Shown here: positions 45,298 through 53,922 of the stretch, in pieces
How the letters are laid out: every line of letters begins with the position of its first letter
How positions within the stretch are numbered: the stretch's first letter is position 1
Source of the DNA: an uncultured Acidimicrobiaceae bacterium
GTDB lineage: Bacteria > Actinomycetota > Acidimicrobiia > Acidimicrobiales > Bog-793
DNA length: 64,000 nucleotides
Assembly (NCBI GenBank): GCA_963725215.1
Contig: CAVRXQ010000007.1
Location: 17,294-81,293 of the forward strand
Direction: 5' to 3'
Notes under the pieces: generated by a model
Told to the model about the DNA's origin: nothing
Databases searched by the model: none
What the model saw: the letters and a program-made list of their open reading frames with translations, nothing else
Made by a program: the position numbers and the translations under genes

Positions 45298-45984
45298 ATG
45301 CCAGTCGCGATCGTCACCGGCGCCTCGAAAGGGCTCGGGCTTGCGCTCGCCGGCTCGCTCGAAGAAGCCGGATGGCAGGTCGTCACCGACGCCCGCCACG
45401 AAGACGAACTCCTCGCCGCGAGCGCGCCGCTCGGCGACGGCGTCCACCCGATCCCCGGAGACATCTGTGACCCGGGCCACCGCCGCGCCCTCGTCTCCGC
45501 GGCGCAGGGACTCGGCTGGCTCGACCTCTTGGTCAACAACGCGGGGACGCTCGGGCCCTCTCCGCTGCCGAAGGTGCGCGACCTCGCTCCGGTCGCGCTC
45601 CGAGACGCCTTCCGCACGAACGTCGAAGCCCCGCTCGCCCTGATCCAGCTGGCGCTGCCGCTTTTGGAGGCGAGCGGCGGGACCGTCGTCAACGTGACCT
45701 CTGACGCCGCAGTGCAGGCCTACGAGGGCTGGGGCGGCTATGGCGCGACGAAGGCCGCTCTCGAACAGCTGTCGAAGGTGCTCGCCGCCGAGGAGAAGAA
45801 GGTCGCGGTGTACTCGTTGGACCCTGGGGACATGCGCACGGCGATGCACCAGGCCGCCTTCCCCGGAGAGGACATCTCCGACCGACCCCTCCCCGACGAG
45901 GTCGCGCCGGCCCTGTTGCGGTTGCTGGCGCAGCGACCACCGAGTGGCCGCTACCTGGCGGCGGAGTTCTCCCGAGAGAGGTGA
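45298..45984 (+). CDS. Short-chain dehydrogenase/reductase (SDR)
   Basis: Contains AIVTGASKGLGLA and LVNNAG, and the YxxxK context is YGATKAAL. Confidence 0.88.
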   Translation: MPVAIVTGASKGLGLALAGSLEEAGWQVVTDARHEDELLAASAPLGDGVHPIPGDICDPGHRRALVSAAQGLGWLDLLVNNAGTLGPSPLPKVRDLAPVALRDAFRTNVEAPLALIQLALPLLEASGGTVVNVTSDAAVQAYEGWGGYGATKAALEQLSKVLAAEEKKVAVYSLDPGDMRTAMHQAAFPGEDISDRPLPDEVAPALLRLLAQRPPSGRYLAAEFSRER

Positions 45985-47027
45985 CGTCGACGACGCGGCT
46001 CGGTTTCGAGCTCCCTTCCGCCCTCGAGGCGCGAGAGCCGCCCGAGGCGCGGGGCGACGCCCGCGACGGGGTGCGGATGATGGCGACCTTCCGCTCTTCC
46101 GGCGCGCTCGTGCACAGCCGCTTTTGCGAGCTCCCCGATTTCTTGTCCCCGGGCGATCTCGTCGTCATCAACACCTCGGCGACGATCCCGGCAGAAGTCG
46201 ACGCCGAGTCGGTGAGCGGACGGCGTTTTTTCGTCCACTTCTCGACGGAGATCGAAGATGACCTTTGGGTGGTCGAGCCGCGGATGCGCGAAGGGAAACG
46301 GTCGTCGGAGTGGACCGAGGCCCAATCCCCGCCAGGGACCTTTTTCCTCGCCGACGGCGGCACGATCGAGCTTCTCGAGCACTTTCCGGAGAGCAGGCGC
46401 CTTTTCCTCGCCCGGGTCTCGCTCCCTTTGCCGGCGCGGGCCTGGCTTGAAAGGCGCGGCCGGCCGATCCACTACGGCTACCTCGATCGCGACTGGCCGC
46501 TCGCCGCGTACCAGAGCGCCTTCGCCAGCACACCCGGGAGCGCGACGATGCCGAGCGCCGGCCGCCCGCTCAGCCCCGAGGTGATCACCCGACTCGTCGG
46601 AAAGGGAGTCGGTGTCACCCCGGTCGTGCTGCACACCGGCGTCGCGTCCCTCGATTCGGACGAGCTCCCCTATCCAGAACGCGCCGTCGTGCCGAAGGTC
46701 ACCGCGAACCGGGTCAACGCGACGCGCTTTGAAGGTGGCCGCGTTATCGCCGTCGGGACGACGGTCGTGCGCGCGCTCGAGTCCGCGGTCGGCGAGTTCG
46801 GTTGTGTCGAGGAGTTCTGCGACTGGACGAACGTCCTGATCACCCCGGAGCGCGGGGTCCGCGTGATCGACGGCATCGTCACCGGCTGGCACGAGCCCGA
46901 GGCGTCGCACTTGTTGATGCTCGAGGCGATCGCGGGCCGCGACCTCCTCGAGCGCGCCTACGACGAGGCGATCCGCGAGGGGTATCTGTTCCACGAGTTC
47001 GGCGACAGCCACCTCGTCTTGCCGTAG
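45981..47027 (+). CDS. Divergent QueA-like (S-adenosylmethionine:tRNA ribosyltransferase-isomerase family) protein
   Basis: The GTG start overlaps the SDR stop (GTGA). QueA-like blocks are PGDLVVINTSATIPAE, RVIAVGTTVVRALES, TGWHEPEASHLLML and YLFHEFGDSHLV. Canonical blocks (PLPPYI, RYQTVYA, TNFHLP, as I recall them) are substituted. Confidence 0.8.
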   Translation: MTSTTRLGFELPSALEAREPPEARGDARDGVRMMATFRSSGALVHSRFCELPDFLSPGDLVVINTSATIPAEVDAESVSGRRFFVHFSTEIEDDLWVVEPRMREGKRSSEWTEAQSPPGTFFLADGGTIELLEHFPESRRLFLARVSLPLPARAWLERRGRPIHYGYLDRDWPLAAYQSAFASTPGSATMPSAGRPLSPEVITRLVGKGVGVTPVVLHTGVASLDSDELPYPERAVVPKVTANRVNATRFEGGRVIAVGTTVVRALESAVGEFGCVEEFCDWTNVLITPERGVRVIDGIVTGWHEPEASHLLMLEAIAGRDLLERAYDEAIREGYLFHEFGDSHLVLP

Positions 47028-47038
47028 AGACGCTCCAT

Positions 47039-47671
47039 TCAGATGGCGCCGTCGCGAACCGCGGCCATCACGGAGGCGATGACCCGTTTCACGAAGGACT
47101 GGTCGAGCGGCCGGTGGCCTTGCAGGAACCGGTGGTAGGCGGGGCCGTAGACAAGGTCCAACAGCACGTCGACATCCGCGTCCTTGTCGAGCTCGCCCCG
47201 CTCAATCGCCCGCTTCGCGATCTCCGCGCTCTGGCGGCGCAGCGGGTTGAAGGCGCGCTCGCGCCACGTGTCGGCGAGCTCCGGGTCGCGCTGCACCTCG
47301 GCGACGATGCCGCGCAGCGTCCTGCCGGTCGTCGTCTCCCGCACGGCTCGCACCCAGCCGCGCAGCAAGGCGAGGAGGTCCTCTTCGAGGCTGCCGGTGT
47401 TCGGATTCGGCAGGCGGCGCGAGAAGTCGCCAACAAAGGCGTCGAAGGCGAGGGTGCCCTTCGACGGCCAGCGCCGGTAGACGGAGGCCTTGCTCACCTT
47501 GGCCCGACGGGCGACCTCTTCGATTGTCAGCTCAGAGAGTGGCTTTTCCCGGAGCAGCTCGTTCGTCGCATCGAGGATCGCCTGCTCGGTGTGAGGACTC
47601 GGGGGGCGCCCTCGTCCCCGTGTCGCCTCGGGGGCATCGCCTTCTGACTCGGGAATACCGCCTGTTCCCAT
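47039..47671 (-). CDS. TetR/AcrR family transcriptional regulator
   Basis: Has the HTH LTIEEVARRAKVSKASVYRRWPSKGTL. Confidence 0.9.
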   Translation of the reverse strand: MGTGGIPESEGDAPEATRGRGRPPSPHTEQAILDATNELLREKPLSELTIEEVARRAKVSKASVYRRWPSKGTLAFDAFVGDFSRRLPNPNTGSLEEDLLALLRGWVRAVRETTTGRTLRGIVAEVQRDPELADTWRERAFNPLRRQSAEIAKRAIERGELDKDADVDVLLDLVYGPAYHRFLQGHRPLDQSFVKRVIASVMAAVRDGAI

Positions 47672-47714
47672 GCGTTAACAGTAATAGGCAAATTAAGAAA
47701 CGCAACGTATCGTA

Positions 47715-47720
47715 TATAAT
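47715..47720 (+). promoter_or_regulatory. Candidate -10 hexamer TATAAT in the AT-rich TetR/MFS divergent spacer
   Basis: A perfect TATAAT lies in a conspicuously AT-rich 75-nt spacer (47672-47746) in an otherwise GC-rich window. Confidence 0.35.
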
Positions 47721-47746
47721 TGAGGACACGAGAACCGGTGCAAGGA

Positions 47747-49432
47747 ATGGGCGGAGAACAAGATGACACGGCACCTGAGAAGGCGACGACTCGTGCGGCC
47801 CTCGAGCGCCCTTCCCTCCTGCGCTCAGCGTTGACCCCCGCGGGCGAAGTCGCCGCGCCGGCGTCGCGGCGACTTCGGCGTGTGACATCGCGCCGCAGGC
47901 GACAAGCAAGAGCGCATCCTGCCGCCGCGCTGGCGCTGATCCTCACCGTCGCGTTCATGGTCGTTTTGGACTTCAGCATTGTGAACGTCGCGCTAGCGGC
48001 GATCGAGCGGGAGCTGCACGCTGGCGCCCCGACAGTGCAGTGGGTGATCACGGCTTACGCGATCACCTTCGGCGGCCTGTTGGTGCTCGGCGGGCGCATC
48101 GGCGACCTGTTCGGCAGACGGCGGATGTTCGTCGTCGGGCTCGTGATCTTCTCGCTCTCTTCGCTTGCCGGCGGCCTCGCGCACGGCATCGGCGTCCTCA
48201 TCGCCGCGCGTGCCGTCCAGGGCATCGGCGCGGCCCTCGTCGCCCCGGCGGCGCTTTCGCTCATCACGACGAGCGTTCCCGAAGGGAGCCAGCGCACCCG
48301 CGCGCTCGGCTTTTACGGCGCCACCGCCTCGATCGGATTCGTCGCCGGCCTCGTGCTGGGCGGGATCCTCGTCGAGTTCTTCGACTGGCGCGCCGTCTTG
48401 TGGGTCAACGTGCCGATCGGCCTGCTCGCGGCGGCGCTCGCGCCGTCGCTCATCCCGTCGTCTCCCCGTCGGGCTCAAAGGACGCGCCTCGACATCGCCG
48501 GGGCCTTTCTCATCACGGCCGGCGTCGCGGCGATCGTCTACGGGGTCTCCGAAGGGCCGATAAACGGCTGGTTCTCGGGAAAGACCGTGCTGACGGCGAT
48601 CCTCGCGTTCGTGCTGTTGGCAGGGTTCGTCACGATCGAACAGCGCCACCGCAGCCCGCTCGTACGCCTCGACATCTTGCGGATCCGACAGCTGCGCGCG
48701 GCGAACATCTTCACGATCATGCTCGGCGCCTGGAGCGCGGGCGAACTGCTCGTCATGCCGCTTTACCTCCAACTCGTCCTGCACTACTCGCCTCTCGCCA
48801 CCGGATTCGCGATGGCGCCGCAGGGCGTGCTCGGGTTCCTCGGCGCCTCGCGCGGCGCGCGCATCGTGCGCCGGGTGGGGACGCGCAAATACCTGATGAT
48901 GTCCGGCGCGACCGCCGCGGCAGGACTCGGTTTCATCGCCGGGTTCGTCGCCTTGCGTAGCTACCCGCTCTTGGTCGTCGGATTCATGCTCGCCGGCTAC
49001 GGCACGGCGTCGGGCGCCTTCGGCGCGACCGTCGCCGCCACCCAGGGGGTCACCGATTCGGAGCAAGGACTGGCAGGCGGGCTCGTCAACATGAGCCGCC
49101 AGGTCGGCGCGGCGATCGGCGTCGCCGTGACCGCGGCGATCATCGGCACCGGGGTCACCTCGGGAGAGTCGCTCGGACTCGACCGGGCTTCGGTGTTCGT
49201 CGTCGCGGCTTCCGCCCTCGCCGCCGCGCTGATCGTCCACCGCGGCCTCAGCGCGAAGGCCCCTTCCGCGCAGCGCTCTCTTTTCGCTGCCCTCCCTCCC
49301 TACCGGCTCGCTGAGCCCCTCTTCGACCCCAACCAGCTCTCTGATTGGGACGACCCGGCGTGGCCGTCGTCGAGGGACGAGACCTTCGACGTCACGATGG
49401 CGAGGAGCGCGCTGCCCGTCCCGCCGCGCTGA
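47747..49432 (+). CDS. MFS transporter, DHA2 (EmrB/QacA-like, about 14 TMS) family
   Basis: Contains MVVLDFSIVNVALAAI, LGGRIGDLFGRRRMF and many TM segments. The start is uncertain (TTG 47720, GTG 47738 or ATG 47747). Confidence 0.88.
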   Translation: MGGEQDDTAPEKATTRAALERPSLLRSALTPAGEVAAPASRRLRRVTSRRRRQARAHPAAALALILTVAFMVVLDFSIVNVALAAIERELHAGAPTVQWVITAYAITFGGLLVLGGRIGDLFGRRRMFVVGLVIFSLSSLAGGLAHGIGVLIAARAVQGIGAALVAPAALSLITTSVPEGSQRTRALGFYGATASIGFVAGLVLGGILVEFFDWRAVLWVNVPIGLLAAALAPSLIPSSPRRAQRTRLDIAGAFLITAGVAAIVYGVSEGPINGWFSGKTVLTAILAFVLLAGFVTIEQRHRSPLVRLDILRIRQLRAANIFTIMLGAWSAGELLVMPLYLQLVLHYSPLATGFAMAPQGVLGFLGASRGARIVRRVGTRKYLMMSGATAAAGLGFIAGFVALRSYPLLVVGFMLAGYGTASGAFGATVAATQGVTDSEQGLAGGLVNMSRQVGAAIGVAVTAAIIGTGVTSGESLGLDRASVFVVAASALAAALIVHRGLSAKAPSAQRSLFAALPPYRLAEPLFDPNQLSDWDDPAWPSSRDETFDVTMARSALPVPPR

Positions 49433-49507
49433 GCACCGGTCCCCGTCAGTCGGCCTTCGCGCTGGGGAAGGGATCCTGACCGTAAATTGTTGTACGCGCA
49501 AAGAAGT

Positions 49508-49525
49508 GGGCGGGAGGTCCCGCCC
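49508..49525 (+). other. GC-rich hairpin GGGCGGG-AGGT-CCCGCCC between the MFS gene and lon
   Basis: A 7-bp perfect stem with a 4-nt loop and no U-tract, 17 nt upstream of the lon ATG. Could be a terminator for the MFS gene or a lon leader structure. Confidence 0.3.
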
Positions 49526-49542
49526 GTGAATGGAGGATCCAG

Positions 49543-51906
49543 ATGGCCGAGCTGGCCACGACCGAAACGCTTCCGCTTCTCCCCTTGACCTCGGGTGTCG
49601 TTCTGCCCGGCATGGTCTTCACGATGGCACTCGAAACCGAAGAGTCGAAGGCCGCCTTGGACGCCGCCGGATCCGTCGGCGGCAAGCTCGTGTTGGTCCC
49701 CCACGTCGACGGCCGCTACTCGTCAGTCGGGGTGCTATCAGAGATCGTCGAAATCGGTGAGCTGCCGGGCGGCCACCGGGCGATGGTCGTCCACGGGGTC
49801 GCACGGGTGACGATCGGCACGGCGGTTCCCGGCACCGGCCAAGCCCTGTGGGTCCAAGTCGAGACCGTCGAGGAGCCGGGGAGCTCGCCCCAAATCGACG
49901 AGCTCGCCCGCGAATACCGCGCCGTCCTCGAGAACATCCTCCTCACTCGCGGCGCCCGTCGCATCGCCGAGCAGCTGCGTGAGGTCACCGACCCGTCGGA
50001 TATCGCCGACCTCGCCGGGTACTCGCCCGATCTCTCGCTCGCGCAAAAAGTCGAGATCTTGGAGACCCTCGACGTCGAGGCGCGCCTTCGTCTCGTGTTG
50101 CGTTGGGCGCGCGAAACCCTCGCCGACCTCACCCTGCGCGAACAAATCAAGTCGAGCGTCGAAGAAGGCATGGAGAAGACCCAGCGCGAGTTCCTGTTGC
50201 GCCGCCAGCTCGACGCGATCCGAAAGGAGCTCGGCGAACTTAGCGAGGACGCCGACGACGGATCACCCGAGTCCTACCGCGCCCAGATCGCCGAGCGTGA
50301 CCTACCCGACCAGGTCCGCAAGGCCGTCGAGCGGGAGATCGACAAATTGGAGAGAACGAGCGAGCAGAACCCCGAACAGGGCTGGATACGCACCTGGCTC
50401 GATACCGTGCTCGAACTCCCCTGGGGCGTGACCTCGGAGGACCGCACCGACGTCAACGAGGCGGCGCGCGTCCTCGACGAGGACCACGAGGGATTGAACG
50501 ACGTGAAAGAGCGCATCGTCGAACAACTCGCGGTGCGCGCGTTGAAGGCCGAAAGAGGGCTCGCCCCCTCGACGGGCAGGGGCGCGGGCGCGATCCTCGC
50601 CCTCGTCGGACCTCCGGGCGTCGGCAAGACCTCGCTCGGAGAGTCCGTGGCGCGCGCGCTCGGTCGCAGCTTCGTGCGCGTCGCGCTCGGCGGCGTCCAC
50701 GACGAGGCGGAGATCCGCGGCCACCGCCGTACCTACGTAGGCGCGCAGCCGGGCCGAATCGTGCGGGCGCTGCGCGAGGCGCAGACGATGAATCCCGTCA
50801 TCGTGCTCGACGAGGTGGACAAGATCGGCTCGGACTTCCGAGGCGACCCGGCGTCGGCGCTGTTGGAGGTACTCGACCCGGCGCAGAACCACACCTTCCG
50901 CGACCATTACCTCGAAGTGGAACTCGACTTGTCGAAGGTGCTGTTCGTCGCGACCGCGAACGTGTCAGAGACCATCCCCTCCGCGCTGCTCGACCGGATG
51001 GAGGTCATCCGCATCGACGGCTACACCGAGGACGAGAAGGTGGCGATCGCCCGCCACCACCTGCTTCCGCGCCAGTTGGAGCGCAGCGGCCTGCGGACAG
51101 ACGAAGTGGAACTCACCGACGACGCGATCCGATCGATCTCGAGCGATTACACGCGTGAGGCCGGCGTGCGCAATCTCGAACGGGAGATCGGCCGTCTGTT
51201 GCGCAAGGTAGCGACGAAGATCGCTTCCGGAGCGCTCGGCGCGCCCGTCGTCGTAGACGGCGGTCACGTGACAAATTGGCTCGGCCGCCCACGCTTTTTC
51301 TTCGAAGCCGCGGATCGCACAAGTGTTCCCGGCGTCGCAACCGGACTCGCCGTCACCGGGGTTGGAGGCGACGTGCTGTTCATCGAAGCGACGAAGATGG
51401 CCGGGCCCGAGGGACTGACGCTCACCGGTCAGCTCGGAGAAGTGATGAAGGAGTCGGCGGAGATTGCCCTCTCGCACGTGCGATCGCACGCCGCCGAGCT
51501 CGGCATCGATTCCGGGGCGTTCGACAAGGAACGGTTCCACCTCCACGTTCCTGCCGGCGCCGTGCCTAAAGACGGCCCGTCGGCTGGCGTGACGATGGTC
51601 GCCGCGCTGGCGAGCCTGCTGCTCGACAAGCCGGTGAATCCGAAGGTCGGGATGACCGGTGAGGTGACCTTGCAGGGTCGCGTGTTGCCGATCGGCGGGG
51701 TGAAGCAGAAGGTGCTCGCGGCGTACCGGGCCGGGCTCCGCCACGTGATCCTGCCATCTCGAAACGGCGGCGACTTGGAAGACGTGCCCGAGGAGGTGCG
51801 CTCAAAGATGAGCTTCACGCTCGCCGAATCGGTTGACGACGTTTTGAACGTCGCGCTCGCCGAAGACGCGACCAAAGACGGAGGCTCCCTGCCGCTCGCG
51901 TCCTGA
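49543..51906 (+). CDS. lon: ATP-dependent Lon protease (LonA)
   Basis: 787 aa with a LON N-domain, Walker A GPPGVGKTS, VLDEVDK, and the proteolytic Ser context PKDGPSAGV. Confidence 0.95.
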   Translation: MAELATTETLPLLPLTSGVVLPGMVFTMALETEESKAALDAAGSVGGKLVLVPHVDGRYSSVGVLSEIVEIGELPGGHRAMVVHGVARVTIGTAVPGTGQALWVQVETVEEPGSSPQIDELAREYRAVLENILLTRGARRIAEQLREVTDPSDIADLAGYSPDLSLAQKVEILETLDVEARLRLVLRWARETLADLTLREQIKSSVEEGMEKTQREFLLRRQLDAIRKELGELSEDADDGSPESYRAQIAERDLPDQVRKAVEREIDKLERTSEQNPEQGWIRTWLDTVLELPWGVTSEDRTDVNEAARVLDEDHEGLNDVKERIVEQLAVRALKAERGLAPSTGRGAGAILALVGPPGVGKTSLGESVARALGRSFVRVALGGVHDEAEIRGHRRTYVGAQPGRIVRALREAQTMNPVIVLDEVDKIGSDFRGDPASALLEVLDPAQNHTFRDHYLEVELDLSKVLFVATANVSETIPSALLDRMEVIRIDGYTEDEKVAIARHHLLPRQLERSGLRTDEVELTDDAIRSISSDYTREAGVRNLEREIGRLLRKVATKIASGALGAPVVVDGGHVTNWLGRPRFFFEAADRTSVPGVATGLAVTGVGGDVLFIEATKMAGPEGLTLTGQLGEVMKESAEIALSHVRSHAAELGIDSGAFDKERFHLHVPAGAVPKDGPSAGVTMVAALASLLLDKPVNPKVGMTGEVTLQGRVLPIGGVKQKVLAAYRAGLRHVILPSRNGGDLEDVPEEVRSKMSFTLAESVDDVLNVALAEDATKDGGSLPLAS

Positions 51907-51937
51907 CGCGGGCGGCAGCCGGGCGCGACGCGGACGT

Positions 51938-52606
51938 TCAGCCGCGCGCTGCGGTACGAACAGGGGCGAACTTGCTCGAAGCGAGCGCGACCCCGCTCGC
52001 GCTGACGATGCGCGCCCCCTCGATGTTCATCGACCCGTGCAAGGCAGACGCCCAGTAGCCGTAGCCACCCACGACCTGGAACGAGCCGATGTCGACGAGA
52101 TGACCTCGGGTCGTCACGACCTCGCACGTCACCCAGACGTTCTTCAATGGCAGTTCGATCGCCATTGACACCCACGATCGACTCCGGTCGATCACGACCT
52201 CGCCGACATCGCGCTGCTGTGACGTCAAGCGGGCCGCGGTGAGCTCGGCGACGACCGTGTTCTTCGCCGGAACGCCAGTTCCCCGCAATGCCCACCCTCC
52301 GAATCCCGCCAGGGCGAGGATCACTGCGGCGATGGCGATGAACGGCGCGCGTCGACGCCACTTCGGAGGAACGCTCTTGTCTGGTCGCGCATTCAACGCG
52401 CCAAGCACGCGCGACTCGAAGCCGTTCGGCGGTTCGACGAGCGGCGCTAGCGCGGCGATTCCGTCCGCGATCTCCGCCAGCTCGCTCATCTCTTCTCGGC
52501 ACGCGGCGCATTCTTCGAGATGCGCGACGGCGAGCGCGCGATCTCGCGCGTCGAGTACCCCGAGCGCGAACTCGGCGCTCATCGCGCGAAAGTCGGCGCA
52601 GTTCAT
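51938..52606 (-). CDS. Zinc-binding (ZAS-type) anti-sigma factor with one TM segment
   Basis: Contains MNCADFRAMSAEFALGVLD and HLEECAACREEM (HxxxCxxC), with a TM helix FIAIAAVILALAGFGGW. ATG 52606 is preferred; the track start is 52624. Confidence 0.8.
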   Translation of the reverse strand: MNCADFRAMSAEFALGVLDARDRALAVAHLEECAACREEMSELAEIADGIAALAPLVEPPNGFESRVLGALNARPDKSVPPKWRRRAPFIAIAAVILALAGFGGWALRGTGVPAKNTVVAELTAARLTSQQRDVGEVVIDRSRSWVSMAIELPLKNVWVTCEVVTTRGHLVDIGSFQVVGGYGYWASALHGSMNIEGARIVSASGVALASSKFAPVRTAARG

Positions 52607-52607
52607 C

Positions 52608-53189
52608 TCATCCACGGTCGACACCTGACTTGTCGAGCGCGACCCGCAAGCGCTGCATCGCGGTGCGAATCCGAGTCTTCGCGGTCCCGAGCGGAATCCC
52701 TTCTACGGTCGCGATCTGGCTCGCTGAAAGTCCTGCGATCCCCGCGAGCACGATCGCTCTCGCTTGGTCATGCGGCAACAAGCCGAGCGCGGCTCGCAGC
52801 TCCGAGGCGGACTCGCTCGCCAGCGCGGCGCGTTCTGGAGCCTCTGGAGTGACGCCCGCGCGCTGGAGCAGTTCGATCGCGTCGGTCGGCGCCGCGACCC
52901 GCACCCGCGAGGCGTCGATCGCCGCGTTGCGCGCGATGGACGTCAGCCAGGACGACACGGATCCTCGCCGCGAGTCGTAGGTGCGGGCGTGGCGCCACGC
53001 GCGTTCGAACGTGAGCTGTGCGACGTCCTCCGCGGCGTGGCCGTCTCGGAGCACGGCGACGGCCACGCCGAAGACCTTCGACTGGAAGCGACGCACGAAC
53101 GCGAGCGTGCTCTCGTCGTCGCCCGAGCCGAAGCCCGCGAGCAGGGCTTCATCGGTGAGGTCGCCGACGGGAAGTCGGTCACGGGGCAC
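52608..53189 (-). CDS. ECF (group 4) RNA polymerase sigma factor
   Basis: Starts at GTG 53189. Region 2 has AEDVAQLTFERAWRHARTYD, SWLTSIARNAAID. Region 4 has LSASQIATVEGIPLGTAKTRIRTAM. Confidence 0.88.
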   Translation of the reverse strand: MPRDRLPVGDLTDEALLAGFGSGDDESTLAFVRRFQSKVFGVAVAVLRDGHAAEDVAQLTFERAWRHARTYDSRRGSVSSWLTSIARNAAIDASRVRVAAPTDAIELLQRAGVTPEAPERAALASESASELRAALGLLPHDQARAIVLAGIAGLSASQIATVEGIPLGTAKTRIRTAMQRLRVALDKSGVDRG

Positions 53190-53227
53190 GCAGAAAGATA
53201 CGACGGACGGGGATGCCGGGATTGCGC

Positions 53228-53755
53228 TCAGTAGCCGTATCCGCCTCCGCCGCCGCCAGACTGCTTCGAGGCCGGGGTGCCGCTCGCGTGGATCGCCTTC
53301 CACGTCCCGCCGAACGCGACGATTTGTTCGCCGGTTGCCTCACCGGACTTCGTGTCTCCGGCGTAGGTGTAGAGCGGCCAGCGGTTGTAGGTCACCTGCT
53401 CTTTGCCGTTGGGCGCCTTGATCTTTCCGAGTAGGGACTTTTTCAACCCGGGCCCGGCGACGAGCTTCCCTTGCGCCACGAGTTGTGGCCAGTACTTCTC
53501 ACACGATGTGGAGCACTTCACGGCCGTGCGCTTGTCGAGCGAGAAGACGTAGAGCGTCCTTCCCGCGGAGTCGACGAGCACGGTTCCGACACCGCTGATG
53601 CTCTTTTCGCGCACGGTCGTCGACGCCGCGTGTCGCTCACGAGCGCTGGAGCTGGCGACGCCGACGAACGCGACCCCTAAGGCAGCGATCGCCGCGAGCA
53701 AAGCGGCGGTGAGGACGCGAAATCGCGTCGACTTGTGACTAAGTGATCGTGCCAT
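53228..53755 (-). CDS. Secreted/lipoprotein-like protein with tandem Y-x-[FY] repeats (COG4315-like)
   Basis: Starts at ATG 53755 with a signal sequence (LTAALLAAIAALGVAFVGVASS). Contains GRTLYVFSLD, WPLYTYAGD, and a GGGGGGYGY tail. Confidence 0.75.
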   Translation of the reverse strand: MARSLSHKSTRFRVLTAALLAAIAALGVAFVGVASSSARERHAASTTVREKSISGVGTVLVDSAGRTLYVFSLDKRTAVKCSTSCEKYWPQLVAQGKLVAGPGLKKSLLGKIKAPNGKEQVTYNRWPLYTYAGDTKSGEATGEQIVAFGGTWKAIHASGTPASKQSGGGGGGYGY

Positions 53756-53922
53756 CGCACCTCGATTCCCGACGGATGCTTTGCCGTCAACCCCAGGTAC
53801 GACAAAACGTGCTCTCCGGATTGGAAATTGCGAGGAGGCTGCAACATTCACGGTCGTGACCAGGCCTTTTCCTGGACTAAAGCCCTTGGTCTCGAACGTA
53901 TGTTCGTCTAATCTCGGCCCGT

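Noticed and set aside
49433-49542. Heat-shock operators (CIRCE TTAGCACTC-N9-GAGTGCTAA or HAIR CTTGAGT-N7-ACTCAAG) upstream of lon.
   Set aside because: Neither motif is present. Only a GC-rich hairpin at 49508-49525 was seen, and it is reported as a low-confidence feature.
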